The translations under genes and the position numbers were made by a program. Under the pieces are notes generated by a model. That model worked only from the letters and a program-made list of their open reading frames with translations, did not search any database and had not been told where the DNA came from. Shown here piece after piece: positions 57,892-64,000 of a DNA stretch of 64,000 bases (positions within the stretch are counted from its first letter, which is position 1; each line of letters begins with the position of its first letter). Source of the DNA: the human T2T-CHM13v2.0 reference genome, Homo sapiens; the NCBI RefSeq assembly GCF_009914755.1, contig NC_060936.1, one strand, 5' to 3'.

Positions 57892-58856
57892 CAATTCCGG
57901 ACCGTTGACTCTGGATCAAGGGTCCGGAAGTGCAATCCACTGTTGATTCTTTGCTCACATAGTTAAGTTTCCCACATTGTACAATCTTCAATGCTTTCAC
58001 TACTCTTCTAGACTTGTGTTTATATATCATAGTAAATTTTTGGAGGACTTTTTTTTTTCCGTTTATGTATGTGTTACTTTTCCTGAAAAACATCAGTGCT
58101 TTTGTATCACAGGATTGGAGGGAAATTAAAGGTAGAGCTCAATTTATGAAATGCCTAACAAGTGATCATTGTTAAGCTTTTGCCTAATCACTACCATAAT
58201 AGGGAACTAAGTCCCCTTCCATGCCATTTTGTTCTCCCCTTTTCCCCTCCTCTCTGTTTAGATATGGTCTTTTGAAATTGAGGAGTCCAGAATCTGGTAC
58301 AACAGATATGGTATGACTGGAACAAAGCGAAGGGTGGCTGTCACCTCTTTTGTAGAACAATAATTTGTGAACCTTTTTTACAATATACACTTGCCTAAGC
58401 ATCAACCCTCAACCTACAGAGCATCAACGTGTGGGTGAGCAGGAAGGGGGACGTGTAATTTTGTCGTATGCCTACTTACGAACCACTAGTCTAGTTAATG
58501 AGACCCTTAACACATACTAGGACTGCACTTGCTTTTTTTTGTCAGCATAATAATCTATAGATGTATATTTTGTTTGTATCAGCTAAAGCTTTGAAGACCT
58601 TCACATGAGTTAATACTACACTCCATTCATCTGTCCTGTGCCTTTGGTACTTTAGACCTTCTGTTTTTGTTTGGTCCCAATGCAAATAGGAAGATAACTA
58701 AGGTTTCTGCTTTGTTAAATAACTTCTGGTGATTTATGTATAGCTAGAACAGTGAAAACTGGGAGGCAAAAACACTACATAAATATTAAAACAATTTGAC
58801 AAATTTATAACTATCACTGTAGGTCTAAAATGTGTAGGTCTAAAATGTACCTGGAC

Positions 58857-58970
58857 TAGATGTGGTAACACATGCCTTTAGTCCAAGATACTGAAGTGGC
58901 TGGGGTGGGAGGATTGTTTGAGCCCAGTAGCTCAAGATCAGCCTGGGCAACATAGTGAGATCCTGTCTCA

Positions 58971-59010
<40 letters not shown>
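58857..59010 (+). mobile_element. FLAM-like Alu monomer with (TAAA)n tail
   Basis: gggaggattgtttgagccc...cagcctgggcaacatagtgaga. TSD-like taaaatgtacctggac and taaaatctagctggac. Confidence 0.85.
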
Positions 59011-59013
<3 letters not shown>

Positions 59014-59026
59014 AATCTAGCTGGAC

Positions 59027-60125
59027 ATTATGGAAAACAGTATGGAGGTTCCTCAAAAAACTAAAAATAGAACTCCCATGTGATCCAGCAGTCCTACTGC
59101 TGAGTATGTACTCAAAGGAAATCAGTATGCTCCCATGTTTATTGTAGCACTGTTCACAATAGCTAAGATACAGAATTAACTTCAGTGTCTATCAACAGAT
59201 GAATAGATGCAGAACATGTGGTATATAAACACAATGGAATACTATTCAGCCTTAAAAAGAATGTAATACTGTCATTTGCAGCAACATGGCTAGAACTGGA
59301 GGTCATTATGTTAGGGAAAATAAACCAGGCACAGACAAGTACTTCAAGTTCTCACTTATATGTGGGAGCCTAAAAAGTGGATCTTGTGTAGGTAGAAAGT
59401 AGAATGGTGATTGCCAGAGGCTGGGAAGGGAAGAGGGGAGGAAGGAATGAAGACATTTGGTTAATGGATACAAACATACAATTAGATGGAAGGAATACAT
59501 TCTAGTATTTGATAGCACAGCAGAGAAATTATAGTTAACAGTAATTTATTTTATATTTCAAAATAGCTAGAGTGGAAGAATTGTAATGTTCCTTTATTAG
59601 TCTGTTTTCACGCTGCCTATAAAGACATACCTGAAACTGAGCAATTTACAAAAGAAAGAGGTTTAATTGGACTTACAGTTCCACATGGCTGGGGAAGCCT
59701 CACAATCATGGCAGAAGGCAAGGGGGACCAAGTCACATCTTACATAGATGGCGGCAAGCAAAGACAGAGAGCCAAGAGAAAAAGTTTCTCCTTATAAAAC
59801 CATCAGATCTCATGAGACTTATTCACTACCACAAGAACAGAATGGGGGAAACTGCTGCCATCATTCAGTTACCTCCCACCAGTTCCCTCCCAGAACTATG
59901 GGAATTATGGGAGGTACAATTCAAGATAAGATTTGGGTGGGGACACAGCCAAACTATATCAGTCTCCAACACAAAGAAAGATAAATGTTTAAGGTGATGT
60001 ATCATCCAGTTACCTGATTTGATTATTACACATTGTATACATATATCCAAACGTTACATATACCCCAAACTATGTACAACTCTGATGTATCAATTAAAAA
60101 GTAAAGAAAAACAAAACAGAAAAAA
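59027..60125 (+). mobile_element. L1MA-type 3' end interrupted by a THE1 LTR
   Basis: tatggaaaacagtatggaggttcctcaaaaaactaaaaatagaact...tgattattacacattgtatacat. Confidence 0.88.
59593..59961 (-). mobile_element. THE1 (B-like) solo LTR
   Basis: tattagtctgttttcacgctgc...ggacttacagttccacatggctgggga...gatttgggtggggacacagccaaac. Confidence 0.93.
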
Positions 60126-61217
60126 AGCTGGAAAAGGAAGGCTTGAGATTTGATGCACTAAATTCTGTGTACTTTTGGAAATAATATTAACATAAGGTGG
60201 CACCGTTAATGGTGAAATGAACTTTTCATCCTAGGTGCACCCTTTGAGATGGCAGGCACAATGGCTCTTTGTCTTCTACAAGGGTGATTATCACATGGTA
60301 GGCTTTTTCAAACACTAACCTGCCTTCGATTCTGATATGTTCTCTCTAGGGCACCTCCCAACCTCCTGAATCAATGCTGTAGTGAGCCACAGTTACTGAT
60401 GTGTGTGTCACATCCATCAGGTATGTTGACGTGAGAGAAAAAGTTTACAAATCGCAGCTCTATAAACTTGAACCTAGAAGGGCATGAACCTAATTTGTGG
60501 ACCACGCAAGCATTTACTTTCCTGTACAAAGTTCCTGTAAGGAGAAATTTAAATAAATATAGTGTAGAGGAAGGGCCTTTCCAGGAGTTTCTTTAACATC
60601 AGTGAAATATTCTTGCAAGAGGCAATATTTGACTCAGTATTTTCATTGGTCATTTAGATTTTACTTTTGACTTTAATTACTGGTATTCTAGCCTTCAATG
60701 GTTGACTGTTTCATGTTTCTCCAGAAAGTTAGGTTTCATTTTTATTTTCTATAGTTTATGAGTCCATGCTTGTAACTTATAGGGAAATCATAAAAACAGA
60801 ACAGAGTGTAGTTAGAACACTGAACTTCTAAAAGGATATCCCTGCCTTAGAGATGGTATATAATACTTTTTCATGAGTTGGGATAAATAAGAAACCTCTT
60901 TGTGGCACTTTGGGCAAGAAAAGAAGTTTTGCTGTAGTTAACATTGTGATGAAATGGACTATTAATCTGAAGAGTTGCACCTGGAATTTTTTAACTAATG
61001 TAGTTAACAATTAATTTGTATAATAAATAGCTATCAGAGAAGCATTATAATGATATCAGATGCTACATATTCTTCTCAAAGTACTAAATTTTACAATTAT
61101 AATCTCCACAGAAGAAAATACGATTTTAAACTGCAAATAAAACATGCAAGAACTTGAATCTTTTATTCTGCTTCTACTTGCTGTGACTTTTCATGTTTTT
61201 AAGTAGGGTATTGCATT

Positions 61218-61408
61218 GATTGTCAACTGGGCCAAATTTTGCCCCTGCCTGAAGATATTATTTAGTTTTTAGGACTTGAAGAGTGCTACTGGTTTGACAT
61301 CTGCTAGGTAAAGTTCAGGAGTGTTGGTAAACATCCTACAGTTCAGAGGACAACTCCCTATAAGAAAGAATTATCTGACTCAAAATGTCAGTAATGCTAA
61401 GGTTGAGA
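61218..61408. mobile_element. MER20
   Basis: ttttgcccc...taaacatcctaca...aagaattatctgactcaaaatgtcagtaatgctaaggttgaga. Confidence 0.85.
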
Positions 61409-61539
61409 TATATCTTAGATTATTGTGCATTTATTTTAATCCATACTCCATATGGAAAGAAGGATGGAATCAATAGAAATTGAATTTTTCCTAATTATGA
61501 ACATAGTGATAGCAGGATCTGTTGATGGAGGGATTCAAA

Positions 61540-61765
61540 TACAGCGCAGTGATTAAGATGCTGGATTTGTTATCAGGGTTGAGTTCTGGTTTCCACTCTA
61601 GCCACTTGTTAGCCATGTGGTCTTGGTAAAATGATTAGTCTCTCTGAGACAGAATGTCATTTATAAAATGTGGATAATAAATTCTACCTTACAGGTTTGC
61701 TTGGATGAATAAAATTGCTTGCAGCCTGGAAAGTATTACATGTTCAATAAATTGTAGCTACTGTT
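61540..61765 (+). mobile_element. MIR
   Basis: gggttgagttctgg...tgtggtcttggtaa...tataaaatgtggataata...tcaataaattgtagcta. Confidence 0.7.
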
Positions 61766-61902
61766 CTATTTAGAATATAAACTGATATTGGTAGCATAGT
61801 ATTTATATGGTTATACAGAGAGTGAGATGGTAGAAATATTAACAGAAATGAATTTCTTGAATATAAATATTTCTTTACAGTTTAATGAAGAGCTGTAGTA
61901 TT

Positions 61903-62162
61903 TACACATAGTATTATATATGTATACTATGTATACACATAGTATATATATACATAGTATAATATGTATACTATGTGTACACATAGTATAATATGTATAC
62001 TATGTGTACACATAGTATATATATACATAGTATTATATATGTATACTATGTATACACATAGTATATATATAGTATTATATATGTATACTATATATACACA
62101 TAGTATTATATATGTATACTACATATAACTAGAATAGAATCATTATATATATATATATATAT
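61903..62162. repeat. AT-rich minisatellite (~29-31-bp unit tacacatagtattatatatgtatactatgta) plus (TA)n
   Basis: Read directly. Confidence 0.92.
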
Positions 62163-62336
62163 CTCTAGCAAAGCACAGTAACATAGGTATATAACTAGAA
62201 AATAATATTTGACAATTTGGGGAGACCTATAGAGATGCAACCTTCAAGACAGTAAACTAACGTTAAAAATGCCAAATTATTAACAGAGGTTATCAATGAG
62301 GTTCGTTAAAAAGAAAAAATATTTTCCCTTTTAAAA

Positions 62337-62517
62337 TTTTTTATTCTTTTATTATTTTATTTTAGCGACAGGATATTGCTGTGTCACTGTCACTCAGGCT
62401 GAAGTGCAGTGGCATGATCATAGCTCACTGTAACCTTGAACACTTACGCTCAAGTGACCCTCTGGCCTTGGCATCCCAAAACACTGGGATTACAAACATG
62501 AGCCACTGCACTTGGCC
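62337..62517 (-). mobile_element. Alu monomer (FRAM or AluJ-derived)
   Basis: agtgcagtggcatgatcatagctcactgtaacc...ctgggattacaaacatgagccactgcacttggcc. Confidence 0.85.
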
Positions 62518-63344
62518 TATTCTTCCATATTGTCATATTGCTTAATTTTGTTTTCAAAAAACATACATTCCTTTTGTAATTTAGAAAACAAGTATTATAA
62601 ATGAAAAAAACCCTCATAGCTCCCCAATATAAATGGTGAAAAATATAATCGTTAAAACATTCCTCTTCTAATTTATAAGGTTACCCTTTTTTGCTGGTTT
62701 ATCTCTATTAGTTGGTTTTCCTCTTCAGTCACCTTTCTAAAAGTGGATAAGCTGTAGGACCCATTAACATTTTACTGGCATGATAAAGCTGGTCATGTTG
62801 ATGCCTTTATCGCCTAAGCTGGCATGTAGTGCTATTGTGAAGCCAGTACAGTTTCGTCTGGGTGGTGAGTAGAGGAAAAGTGCAGAAGAATTTAGAACTT
62901 GAATGTCTAAAGCCAGAACTCTATCCTTGACCAAGTCTTCCCTAATAATTTATTAAAAACTTCAATAGAAATATAGAAAGCATATTATTTAAACTTCCAG
63001 TTGACAAAAACTGGAAGACATACATACTAGCTTAGATGATTGAATATCAGTTTCAAAATATGCATAGAGTTGAATAACGAGTAAACATTAAATTTTAAAA
63101 ATATTTAATTTAAAAATATTTAAAAGGAGAAAAGGTAAATTTCTATAAATTTAGATTTAGGAATAATTTTATAATTTCATGATGAGAGAAGCTGGGCCAT
63201 TATCTAATGCCCGTTACCTAAGGGTTAGTTTGCCACAGTTCATTGAACTGTCTCTTAGACTAGATTTTGAAAGCAAACTTTTCAGAATCCTTTGCTATGT
63301 TTGTAGCATTGTGACCAGTTCTGCTTGCTGTATTTTAAGAGGAG

Positions 63345-63690
63345 TATTGATCACTATGAAGTGGTCAGAAAGCCTGGAATTAGTCAAATCCCTGCTCTGC
63401 CATGTATTAACTCTGTGGCTTTAGGTAAATTGTAATGCTTAATCTCTCAAAGCTTAGGTTTTCTTATATAGAAAATTTTTTTAAGCTACCCCAGAAAAAT
63501 GTTTTGGGGATTGACTGAGATTATAAAGATGCTAATAATAATAACTTAATAAACCTTGTATGTTGCTTACTCTAAGCCAAGCTAAATTCTAAAAATGTAT
63601 GTTTGTAAGTACATTTAATTCTCATTAGTACTCTGAGGTTGATACTGTTGTTCTCATTTTACAGCTGAAGACACAGGCACAGTGAGCCTG
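63345..63690. mobile_element. Two tail-to-tail MIR remnants
   Basis: aaatccctgctctgcc...cttaatctctc on the + strand. ctcattttacagctgaagacacaggcacag on the - strand. Confidence 0.6.
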
Positions 63691-64000
63691 TCTCTATATA
63701 TGTCTCTCTATATGTCTTTATATATGTGTCTATATATTCTAGTAAATCATAGTTAAAAATTTTTGTGCATATGAGTGCTAGACATGGTATCATGTGTTTA
63801 TATACCTTTGTTAATTTTTGCCAGAAGAAGGAAGTTGGGCTTATCTCAATAAACGTTTTGAGCCCTTTTGGTACCTATAAAGATACATATAAAGAATTAT
63901 ACTTATGGTATATCTCAAAACTGAGTTTGTTTCCTATAACCCATACTAAAAACAATTTATCAAGTTAATATAGTAATATATTGTGTAAGTATACATGTAT

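Overview
Human (hominoid) genomic DNA containing the 5' end of PDE3A (cGMP-inhibited phosphodiesterase 3A). A CpG island at about 34.5-36.7 kb carries coding exon 1 (35693-36652, codons 1-320, phase-0 GT donor). About 34 kb of repeat-rich upstream DNA and about 27 kb of intron 1 fill the rest. All other long ORFs are L1 or Alu remnants or GC-rich shadows. I see no CRISPR, rRNA or tRNA, and no new protein-coding system. The notable signals are structural. (i) Three independent local duplications of different age and mechanism lie within about 15 kb: a 163-bp inverted copy inside a TA-rich tract, an Alu-Alu unequal-crossover tandem duplication with a readable chimeric Alu, and an older ~215-bp direct copy. 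(ii) An L1 inserted antiparallel into another L1 at almost the homologous position, forming a ~670-bp hairpin with a ~52-nt loop in intron 1. (iii) The PDE3A leader packs uORFs, a Z-DNA repeat, a G4 motif, an open in-frame upstream extension and an in-frame cryptic donor. (iv) There are several near-perfect palindromes and CRE/ETS/CArG motifs. Repeat subfamily names are by eye and approximate.
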